From positions 8,929-72,928 of the forward strand of contig JAOIHS010000006.1 of NCBI GenBank assembly GCA_028135785.1: 64,000 nucleotides of DNA. The letters run 5' to 3'. Below, one piece after another: positions 56,158-64,000 of the stretch (position 1 is the stretch's first letter; each line of letters begins with the position of its first letter). Position numbers and translations under genes: made by a program. The stretch is from SAR86 cluster bacterium. Its GTDB lineage: Bacteria; Pseudomonadota; Gammaproteobacteria; Magnimaribacterales; AG-339-G14. The notes below the pieces were generated by a model, which made no database searches, was not told the DNA's origin, and saw only the letters and a list, made by a program, of their open reading frames with translations.

Positions 56158-56923
56158 AGATAGTATAAAAAATACGATTTTTATAGGTATAGGATTATGC
56201 TTGGTATGTGCAGCAATAATTTCAATCATAGCTGTCGGTCTCAAGGAAAAACAAAAAAACAATGCTATTTTAGATCAGCAAAAAAAAATAGTAGCAGCTG
56301 CTGATCTAGAATCGTTTTACGGTTCAGTAAATAACGCTTTTACCTCTATAGAAGAAAAAATTATTGATATAGAAGCAGGGCTTATTACTAACCAATCTAG
56401 TGAAAAATACGATCTATCTAAAGAGCTTAGAGATCCAAATAGGTTTATTGAATTGTCATCAGCAGAAGATATAGCAACCATCAAGAAACGAGAAAAATTT
56501 TCTAAAGTTTTCTTAGAATACCGTGAAAGTCAATTAAATACAGTGATTTTACCTGTTAGAGGTTATGGCCTTTGGGGAATTTTATATGGATATTTAGCAA
56601 TCTCAAATGATTTAAATACTATTGTTGGATTAGAATTTTATGATCACAAAGAAACTCCTGGTTTGGGAGCTGAGGTAGATAATCCAAAGTGGAAGGCTTT
56701 GTGGAGAGGAAAAAGAATTTATGATGAAAATGGAAAAATTCTTATTAAAGTTATAAAGGGAAAGGTGGATAATAGTATGGATATGTCTTCTTATGAAGTT
56801 GACGGTTTATCTGGTGCAACACTCACCAGCAAAGGAGTCTCAAATCTACTAGCTTACTGGTTAGGTGAAAATGGGTTTAAGCCTTTTTTGGATAATTTAA
56901 AAAAGGAAAAAATTAATGGCTAA
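56147..56923 (+). CDS. nqrC: Na+-NQR subunit C
   Basis: Single TM segment plus the FMN-attachment motif [10 protein letters not shown]. Confidence 0.9.
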   Translation: MQNKDSIKNTIFIGIGLCLVCAAIISIIAVGLKEKQKNNAILDQQKKIVAAADLESFYGSVNNAFTSIEEKIIDIEAGLITNQSSEKYDLSKELRDPNRFIELSSAEDIATIKKREKFSKVFLEYRESQLNTVILPVRGYGLWGILYGYLAISNDLNTIVGLEFYDHKETPGLGAEVDNPKWKALWRGKRIYDENGKILIKVIKGKVDNSMDMSSYEVDGLSGATLTSKGVSNLLAYWLGENGFKPFLDNLKKEKING

Positions 56924-57587
56924 GTCTTCGGATGTTTTATTCTCTCCAATATTTAAAGAGAATCCAATTGCGCTTCAAGTTTTAGGTATATGCTCTGCTT
57001 TGGCAGTTACCAGCAAGCTATATCCTACATTAATTATGTGTGTGGCCCTTACCGCCACAGTAACATTATCTAACTTTTTTATCTCTTTAATAAGAAATAT
57101 AACCCCAAGCAATATACGAATTATTGTTCAGATGACAATAATTTCATCATTGGTAATTATCGTTGATCAATTATTAAAAGCCTATGACTACGAAACAAGT
57201 AAAACTTTATCGGTTTTCGTAGGTTTAATAATTACAAACTGCATAGTCATGGGAAGAGCAGAGGCTTATGCAATGCAAAATGGGCCATATATGAGTTTAT
57301 TGGACGGACTTGGAAATGGATTGGGCTATAGCGTTATTTTAATAATTGTCGCTTCAATAAGAGAGCTTATCGGAAGCGGGCAGTTATTAGATAAGCAAAT
57401 ACTACCTTTAGCTTCAGATGGTGGCTGGTATGTAAGTAATAATTTCTTTTTACTTCCTCCTAGCTCTTTCATAATAATTGGTTTATTTATCTGGTTCTTG
57501 AGATCTTGGAAAACGGATCAAATAGAAGTGTCCGAATTTAAAATGAGCAAAAATGCGCCCAAAGAAATAAAGGTAGATCATGCTTGA
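56916..57587 (+). CDS. nqrD: Na+-NQR subunit D
   Basis: RnfE/NqrD family pattern [17 protein letters not shown] and [12 protein letters not shown]. Confidence 0.9.
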   Translation: MAKSSDVLFSPIFKENPIALQVLGICSALAVTSKLYPTLIMCVALTATVTLSNFFISLIRNITPSNIRIIVQMTIISSLVIIVDQLLKAYDYETSKTLSVFVGLIITNCIVMGRAEAYAMQNGPYMSLLDGLGNGLGYSVILIIVASIRELIGSGQLLDKQILPLASDGGWYVSNNFFLLPPSSFIIIGLFIWFLRSWKTDQIEVSEFKMSKNAPKEIKVDHA

Positions 57588-58191
57588 GAACTATCTAAGT
57601 ATATTTATTAATGCAGTTTTTATAGAAAATATAGCTCTTTCCGTCTTTCTAGGAATGTGTACTTTTATTGCTATATCAAAGAAAATTGATGCTGCTATTG
57701 GGTTGGGGATTGCAGTTATAGTAATCATTGGAATAACAGTTCCATTAAATAATTTAATTTATACCTATATTTTGAGAGAAGGTGCTTTATCTTGGTTAGG
57801 ATATCCAAATGTATCTTTAGAATTTGTAGGTTTAATAAGTTACATAGGAGTCATTGCAGCTACAGTTCAGATACTTGAAATGTTTCTTGATAAATACGTG
57901 CCGGTTTTATATAACGCATTAGGTATTTTTCTTCCTTTAATCACTGTAAATTGCGCAATTCTTGGAGCTTCTTTGTTTATGGTTGAAAAAAGTTTAGCCT
58001 TTGGAGAAAGCGTAGTTTATGGATTAGGCGCAGGAGTTGGCTGGGCATTAGCAATTGCTATGTTGGCAGGAATCAGAGAAAAGCTTAAGTACAGTGATAT
58101 ACCTGATGGATTAGAAGGTTTGGGGATTACTTTTATAACTGTGGGTCTGATGTGTTTTGGATTCATGTCTTTCGGAGGAATTAGCCTTTAA
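57580..58191 (+). CDS. nqrE: Na+-NQR subunit E
   Basis: RnfA/NqrE pattern [14 protein letters not shown] and [10 protein letters not shown]. Confidence 0.9.
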   Translation: MLENYLSIFINAVFIENIALSVFLGMCTFIAISKKIDAAIGLGIAVIVIIGITVPLNNLIYTYILREGALSWLGYPNVSLEFVGLISYIGVIAATVQILEMFLDKYVPVLYNALGIFLPLITVNCAILGASLFMVEKSLAFGESVVYGLGAGVGWALAIAMLAGIREKLKYSDIPDGLEGLGITFITVGLMCFGFMSFGGISL

Positions 58192-59423
58192 TGATTGATC
58201 TCATAGAAATATCACTAGGAATAGTCGCTTTTACTTTAATAGTAAATCTGATGATTTTTGTAATTCTGTTTGCTAGAACAAGACTGGTTTCAACAGGTGA
58301 CGTAAAAGTTGAGATTAACGGAGACCCTGAGAAAACCATTACAGTTCCTGCAGGCGGAAAACTCTTACAAACTTTAGCTGATCAAAATCTTTTCTTATCC
58401 TCGGCCTGTGGAGGCGGTGGAACCTGCGCTCAATGCCGTTGTCAAGTTTATGATGGAGGAGGTTCAATTTTAGCTACAGAAGAAGCTCATTTTAATAATA
58501 GGGAAAAAAAAGATAACTGGCGTTTATCTTGTCAAGTACCAGTCAAAAGCGATATGAAGATTACTGTTCCTGATGAGGTATTTGGAGCAAAGAAATGGGA
58601 TACAACTGTCTTATCAAACGAAAATGTTGCTACGTTTATAAAAGAGTTAGTGTTGAAATTACCTGAAGGTGAAGCCGTGGGTTTTGATGCTGGAGGATAT
58701 GTACAAATGGAAATACCAGCTTATGAAGCAGATTTTAAAGATTTCGCTATTGAAGGAGACTATATTGAAGACTGGGAAAAATTTAAAGTCTTAGATAATG
58801 TATCGATAGTTAAGGAACCTGTAATTAGAGCTTACTCGATGGCTAATTATCCTGAAGAAAAAGGAGTAATGAAGTTTAATATTAGAATTGCATCGCCACC
58901 TCCAGGATCTACTTTCCCTCCTGGCGAAGCCTCATCTTATTTGTTTAATCTTAAACCTGGAGATCCCATAACTATATTTGGGCCATTTGGAGAGTTCATG
59001 GCAAAAGAAACTAATAATGAGATGGTCTTTATTGGCGGTGGAGCAGGAATGGCTCCAATGAGGTCTCATATCTTTGATCAGCTATTGAGCTTAGATTCAT
59101 CTAGAAAAATAACCTTCTGGTATGGAGCTAGAAGCCTTAAGGAAATGTTTTATGTAGAAGAGTTCAATAAGCTACAGGAAGAACATGAAAATTTTTCATG
59201 GCATGCTGCATTATCTGATCCTCAACCGGAAGATCATTGGGAAGGAATGACAGGTTTTATTCATCAAGTGCTGCATGATAATTACTTAAAGGACCACTCT
59301 TCACCAGAAGATGCTGAATACTATATGTGTGGACCTCCAATGATGATGGATGCTTGTTTCAAAATGCTTGATAACTTAGGAGTAGAGCCAGAGAACATAA
59401 TGTTCGACGATTTTGGCGGCTAA
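58191..59423 (+). CDS. nqrF: Na+-NQR subunit F
   Basis: N-terminal TM segment, 2Fe-2[36 protein letters not shown]. Confidence 0.95.
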   Translation: MIDLIEISLGIVAFTLIVNLMIFVILFARTRLVSTGDVKVEINGDPEKTITVPAGGKLLQTLADQNLFLSSACGGGGTCAQCRCQVYDGGGSILATEEAHFNNREKKDNWRLSCQVPVKSDMKITVPDEVFGAKKWDTTVLSNENVATFIKELVLKLPEGEAVGFDAGGYVQMEIPAYEADFKDFAIEGDYIEDWEKFKVLDNVSIVKEPVIRAYSMANYPEEKGVMKFNIRIASPPPGSTFPPGEASSYLFNLKPGDPITIFGPFGEFMAKETNNEMVFIGGGAGMAPMRSHIFDQLLSLDSSRKITFWYGARSLKEMFYVEEFNKLQEEHENFSWHAALSDPQPEDHWEGMTGFIHQVLHDNYLKDHSSPEDAEYYMCGPPMMMDACFKMLDNLGVEPENIMFDDFGG

Positions 59424-60249
59424 GTTGTTTAAATATTTCTTAAAGACTTCTTTAATTTCATTATTTCTCTTTGGGTGCTCTTCAGCTACCGAAATAAAAA
59501 GTCTTCAAGGTGAGATTTTCGGAACTACTTGGCAAGTTAAGTATGTGGATAATCAGATTGATCCTGAAGATTTAAATAAATCTCTGATTTATGAACTTAA
59601 TAGAATTAATAAAGTTTTTTCAACCTATATTGTCGACTCTTACATATCAAAAGTTAATAGAGGAGAAGCCTCTGAGTTTGAAAATAATGAATTTTTAAAA
59701 TTGATCAATTTGGCCTTAAAAATTAAAAATCAATCTAATGGCTTCTTTAATATTTACATTAATAATCAATATGATTTAAACGCTATAGCAAAAGGTTATG
59801 CCGTGGATAATTTAGCAAAAATATTAAATTCAAAAAACATAACAAATTTTATGATAGAAATTGGCGGAGAAATAAGATTTGAGGGCTTTAAAGGAGCCAA
59901 AAATTGGAACTTTGCAGTAATAGAACCCTCATTAAGTAAATTTATACATAAGCGCTTTGACGTAAAAAGAAATTTATCTATTGCCACATCTGGAGATTAT
60001 AGAAATCCAGGACACATAATGAACCCATTAACTGATTTACCAATTGCTACTAAATTAATGTCAGTTACGGTATTAAATGAGACTTCCACTGCTATTAGTG
60101 ACGCATGGGCTACTGCTTTATATGCGACACCTAATAATGAATGGATGCAGTTGGCTAATAAAAATAATATAGCTGCTTATTTTATTTATAGAGAGTCAGA
60201 AAAAACAGTTTCTTCTAGTACCTCTAAATGGAATGAGTTGATAGAATAG
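59413..60249 (+). CDS. apbE: FAD:protein FMN transferase ApbE (lipoprotein)
   Basis: Lipobox LFLFGC and ApbE motif IATSGDY. TTG at 59425, just after the nqrF stop, is an alternative start. Confidence 0.85.
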   Translation: MAAKLFKYFLKTSLISLFLFGCSSATEIKSLQGEIFGTTWQVKYVDNQIDPEDLNKSLIYELNRINKVFSTYIVDSYISKVNRGEASEFENNEFLKLINLALKIKNQSNGFFNIYINNQYDLNAIAKGYAVDNLAKILNSKNITNFMIEIGGEIRFEGFKGAKNWNFAVIEPSLSKFIHKRFDVKRNLSIATSGDYRNPGHIMNPLTDLPIATKLMSVTVLNETSTAISDAWATALYATPNNEWMQLANKNNIAAYFIYRESEKTVSSSTSKWNELIE

Positions 60250-60253
60250 ATTT

Positions 60254-60412
60254 ATGGCTACAGCAATATTCGCAATAATCGTGGTTGCTTTATCAATAGG
60301 CGGAATGGCTATTGGTTTAATTCTCCAAAATAAACCCCTCCAACCTAGTTGTGGAGGAATTTATTTAGATAAAGGTGATTCTTGCAGTGTATGCGGAAAG
60401 ATAAAAGATTAA
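60254..60412 (+). CDS. nqrM: (Na+)-NQR maturation protein NqrM (52 aa; below the ORF-track cutoff)
   Basis: Hand translation gives MATAIFAIIVVALSIGGMAIGLILQNKPLQPSCGGIYLDKGDSCSVCGKIKD. One TM helix plus a Cys cluster, immediately after apbE as expected for NqrM/DUF539. Confidence 0.7.
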   Translation: MATAIFAIIVVALSIGGMAIGLILQNKPLQPSCGGIYLDKGDSCSVCGKIKD

Positions 60413-61989
60413 AACTGATTCATAGTATTATCTTCGCCAGAAGCTTTTAAAGCAGCATCTCCAGCAAAATACTCTTTATGATCATCTCCCATATCAGAAC
60501 CTGCCATATTTTGATGCTTCACGCAGGCTATACCTTCACGAATTTCTTTTCTCTGAACTCCTTGCACATAACCAAGCATACCTTTATCTCCAAAGTACTC
60601 TTTAGCTAAATTATCGGTGGATAGAGCTGCTGTATGGTAAGTTGGTAGGGTAATTAAGTGATGAAATATTCCAGCTTCTTTAGCTGCGTCAGCTTGGAAG
60701 GTTCTAATTCTTTCATCTGCTTCTTTGCCTAAATCAGTATCATCATACTTTTCATCCATTAAAGCTTCTCTTTCGTAAGAAGAAGTATCAGTTCCGTTTT
60801 CTGTCATTTTATCAAAAACTTGTTGACGGAAATTTAAAGTCCAATTGAAAGAAGGGCTGTTGTTGTAAACGAGTTTTGCATTGGGAACAACTTTTTTAAT
60901 TTCATCCATCATTGCACCAATTTGACCAATATGTGGTTTTTCAGTTTCAATCCAAATTAAATCAGCACCATTTTGAAGACTAGTTATTGAATCTAGAATA
61001 CATCTAGCTTCTCCTGTGCCTTCCCTAAATCTATATAGATTACTTGGTAAACGTTTTGGTCTAACAACTTTGCCATGATGATTTATTAAAACATCGCCAT
61101 GATTCATATCAGAATCAGTAACTTCTTCGAGATCTAAAAAAGAATTGTACTGATCACCAAGGTCTCCGACTTTTTCTGTTATTGCTATTTGTTTAGTTAA
61201 GCCAGCTCCTAATGAGTCTGTTCTAGCAACAATAACTCCATCATCAACGCCTAATTCTAAGAAGGCATACCTGACGGCATTTATTTTTGCTAAGAAATCA
61301 GAATGAGGAACTGTTACTTTTCCATCTTGATGCCCGCATTGTTTTTCATCTGAGACTTGATTTTCTATTTGAATGCAACAAGCACCAGCTTCTATCATTT
61401 GTTTAGCCATCAAATATGTAGCCTCTTCATTACCGAAACCTGCGTCTATATCAGCAATAATTGGAACGACATGAGTTTGAAAATTATCTATTTTTTCCTG
61501 AACTGCATCTTTTGCTGCTCCTTCTGACTGATCTAATTCTCTAAATAATCCACCTAGTTCTCTTGCATCAGCTTGTCTTAAAAAAGTATATAACTCTGCA
61601 ATTAGGCTAGCGACAGAAGTTTTCTCGTGCATTGATTGATCAGGAAGGGGGCCAAATTCAGATCTTAATGCAGCTACCATCCAACCGGATAGATAAAGAT
61701 AGTTTCTTTTATTAGTTCCGAAATGTTTTTTTATCGAAATCATTTTTTGCTGACCAATAAACCCGTGCCAGCATCCAAGAGATTGAGTATATAAAGAAGA
61801 ATCTTTATCGTATGCGTCCATATCTTCTCTCATGATAGCGGCAGTATATTTTGCAATATCTACTCCCGTCTGAAAGCGATTTTGCATCTTCATTCTTGCT
61901 GCACTTTCAGAGTTTATATTCTTAAAAAGCTTTTCATCAGAATTTTTAAGTTTATTGAGCTCTTCTATAGTTTTTTTGTAATCAAGCAT
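60409..61989 (-). CDS. aceA: isocitrate lyase (long, ~530-aa type)
   Basis: Active-site loop EKQCGHQDGK (KKCGH variant) and TIM-barrel ICL pattern DADAGFGN-like (DIDAGFGNEE). Confidence 0.9.
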   Translation of the reverse strand: MLDYKKTIEELNKLKNSDEKLFKNINSESAARMKMQNRFQTGVDIAKYTAAIMREDMDAYDKDSSLYTQSLGCWHGFIGQQKMISIKKHFGTNKRNYLYLSGWMVAALRSEFGPLPDQSMHEKTSVASLIAELYTFLRQADARELGGLFRELDQSEGAAKDAVQEKIDNFQTHVVPIIADIDAGFGNEEATYLMAKQMIEAGACCIQIENQVSDEKQCGHQDGKVTVPHSDFLAKINAVRYAFLELGVDDGVIVARTDSLGAGLTKQIAITEKVGDLGDQYNSFLDLEEVTDSDMNHGDVLINHHGKVVRPKRLPSNLYRFREGTGEARCILDSITSLQNGADLIWIETEKPHIGQIGAMMDEIKKVVPNAKLVYNNSPSFNWTLNFRQQVFDKMTENGTDTSSYEREALMDEKYDDTDLGKEADERIRTFQADAAKEAGIFHHLITLPTYHTAALSTDNLAKEYFGDKGMLGYVQGVQRKEIREGIACVKHQNMAGSDMGDDHKEYFAGDAALKASGEDNTMNQF

Positions 61990-62013
61990 TTTTTTTCCTT
62001 AAATGATTTGGGT

Positions 62014-63378
62014 TTATATTTCTTTTGCAAGCTGCTCGGCTAAGCCAACATATTCTAATGGAGAAAGTTTAGAAAGTTTAGCTTTATCTTCTTCACATAG
62101 CTCCAAATTCGATATGATATCTAAATAGATTTTTTTATCAAATGCTTTTCCTCTAGAAAGTTTTTTTATGACGTCATAGCTGTTTTTAATGCCATTTTTT
62201 CTCATCAATGTTTGAACAGCTTCTGCCAATACTTCCCAGCTATCATTTAGATCCTGATTGATTAGTTTTTTATTGGGTTCTATTTTAGAGAGACCTTTTA
62301 AAAGTGATTTATAAGCCAAGAACGAATAGGCAAAACCAGACCCTAGATTCCTTAAGGTAGTTGAATCTGATAAGTCTCTTTGCAGTCTAGATATCTGAAG
62401 TTTTTCTTTCATTGCGATTAACATCGAATTCGATAAAACAAGATTTCCTTCGGCATTTTCATAGTCTATGGGATTCACTTTATGAGGCATAGTGGATGAG
62501 CCTACTTCTCCAGCTACAACTAATTGTTTTAAATAGCCTTTTGATATGTAGAGCCAAGCATCTTTAGATAAATCTAATAAAACATTATTTAGGTTTTCCA
62601 CTACAGACATTATGGTAACCATTACATCTTTTTGTTCTATTTGGGTTGAATATTTTGACCAACTCAAACCTAATGAGGTAACAAACTTTTTAGAAATTCC
62701 TTGCCAATTAGCTTTTTCATTAACTAGGATATGAGCATTATAGTTTCCGACAGCACCATTAAACTTACCCGAAGGAATAAACTTATTTAGGATATTAATA
62801 TGAAATTTAATTCTTTCATGAAAATTTGCTATTTCTTTACCTAGGGTAGTTGGGGAAGCGGTTTGCCCATGAGTGTGAGATAGCATAGATATCTTTGCCC
62901 ATTTCTTTGATTTTTTCTTTAAATCTTTCAATAATAATTTATTGATGTCCTTAAACTCATTATCTAGATACCCTTTAAGCATGAGACTATAAGCAAGATT
63001 ATTTATATCCTCAGATGTACAACAAAAATGAACCATCTCATTATATTCTTTAAGCTTGAGTTGATTAAGTTTTTGACAGATAAATAGTTCTACTCCTTTT
63101 ACATCATGATTTGTTTTAGATTCTATTTTTTTTATAGCTTGAGCATCTTTAATCGAAAAATTATTAATTAAATCTTCTAATATTTTTTCATTTTTCTTAG
63201 AAAAGGGTTTAACAAACGGAAGGTTTTTGTTTTTAGAGATAAAAATAAGCCATTTTATTTCTACTAAAAATCTATTTTTTATAAGGGCAAATTCGCTAAA
63301 ATACTTCTCCAATTCACAGACTTTAGAATGGTATCTTCCGTCAAGAGGAGAAATTGAATTGAGTGTATCTTTAAGCAT
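62014..63378 (-). CDS. purB: adenylosuccinate lyase
   Basis: Fumarate-lyase signature GSSTMPHKVNP and N-terminal SPLDGRY. Confidence 0.95.
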   Translation of the reverse strand: MLKDTLNSISPLDGRYHSKVCELEKYFSEFALIKNRFLVEIKWLIFISKNKNLPFVKPFSKKNEKILEDLINNFSIKDAQAIKKIESKTNHDVKGVELFICQKLNQLKLKEYNEMVHFCCTSEDINNLAYSLMLKGYLDNEFKDINKLLLKDLKKKSKKWAKISMLSHTHGQTASPTTLGKEIANFHERIKFHINILNKFIPSGKFNGAVGNYNAHILVNEKANWQGISKKFVTSLGLSWSKYSTQIEQKDVMVTIMSVVENLNNVLLDLSKDAWLYISKGYLKQLVVAGEVGSSTMPHKVNPIDYENAEGNLVLSNSMLIAMKEKLQISRLQRDLSDSTTLRNLGSGFAYSFLAYKSLLKGLSKIEPNKKLINQDLNDSWEVLAEAVQTLMRKNGIKNSYDVIKKLSRGKAFDKKIYLDIISNLELCEEDKAKLSKLSPLEYVGLAEQLAKEI

Positions 63379-63428
63379 TAGAAGAAAAAAGATTATACAT
63401 TAAAAAATAGTATAGATTATTTGATAAT

Positions 63429-64000
63429 TTAAATAATTTCTCCACCACCCAAACAAATATTATCTTTATAAAAAACTATCGACTGCCCCGAAGTAATAGC
63501 TCTTTGAGGCACTTTAAAATTTACTTGCCAATTTTTATTAGTTTTTGATAATGAACAATCTTGATCTTTTTGTCTGTATCTTATTTTTGCAGTTAACTCA
63601 TTCAACTCAGGTTTTTGATTTATTAGCCAATTAATATCACTAACTTCTAACTTAGATTCAAATAATAAAGGATGCTCATTATCCTGAACTACAATGAGGG
63701 TATTCTCTTCTATATTTTTTTTAGCTACATACCAAGGTAATTCTGAAGACCCTTTAACACCTCCAATCCCTAGCCCTTGTCTTTGTCCAATAGTATAGAA
63801 ATATAAACCATTATGTTCTCCGAGCACATTATTATCATCATCTAAAATTTTTCCTTTGATTAGAGGAAGATAGTTCGATAAAAACTCTGGAAAAGGTCTT
63901 TCTCCTATAAAACAAATGCCAGTACTATCTTTTTTATTATGAGTAATTAAATCTCTTTTTTTAGCAATTTCTCTAACTTCACTCTTTTTAATATCACCGA
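63429..64000 (-). CDS. mnmA: tRNA 2-thiouridine(34) synthase MnmA, C-terminal part (5' end beyond window)
   Basis: Frame stays open upstream of the track start to the window edge (...ICFIGERPFPEFLSNYLPLIKGKI...LGEHNGLYFYTIGQRQGLGIGG). Confidence 0.9.
   Translation of the reverse strand, partial: GDIKKSEVREIAKKRDLITHNKKDSTGICFIGERPFPEFLSNYLPLIKGKILDDDNNVLGEHNGLYFYTIGQRQGLGIGGVKGSSELPWYVAKKNIEENTLIVVQDNEHPLLFESKLEVSDINWLINQKPELNELTAKIRYRQKDQDCSLSKTNKNWQVNFKVPQRAITSGQSIVFYKDNICLGGGEII

Overview
AT-rich (about one-third GC by eye), very gene-dense chromosomal segment. Gene content and synteny suggest a streamlined marine-type gammaproteobacterium; this taxon call is inference only. Supporting gene orders are trxB|ftsK-lolA-serS, lolC-lolD-exbB-exbD-msbA::lpxK-kdsB-murB, mfd ... 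gap-nqrABCDEF-apbE-nqrM, and mnmA-purB-aceA. I call about 70 protein genes, 2 tRNAs (Gly-UCC, Ser-UGA) and one frameshifted pseudogene. I see no rRNA, CRISPR array, transposase, integrase or phage genes. Many genes relate to lipid and fatty-acid catabolism: ETF alpha/beta, ETF-QO, two acyl-CoA dehydrogenases, crotonase, a dienoyl-CoA-reductase-like SDR, a CoA-transferase, an ALDH, esterases and isocitrate lyase. Most of the window is ordinary core genome and no clearly novel multi-gene system is demonstrable from sequence alone. The best candidates for something undescribed are: (1) a tandem pair of paralogous ~75-aa two-helix membrane proteins with a very strong SD and an intercistronic hairpin (22662-23169); (2) a promoter, structured RNA and intrinsic terminator unit ending 11 nt before an SD-less trpS (26851-27080); (3) a translationally coupled animal-type COMT-like methyltransferase, mini-Smr and orphan ORF module (5252-6570); (4) an in-frame MsbA::LpxK fusion; (5) a tRNA-Gly whose CCA end abuts the next start codon; (6) an acyl-CoA dehydrogenase pair in which the second member lacks both known catalytic-base positions. 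All family assignments come from motifs read in the supplied translations; no database search was possible.
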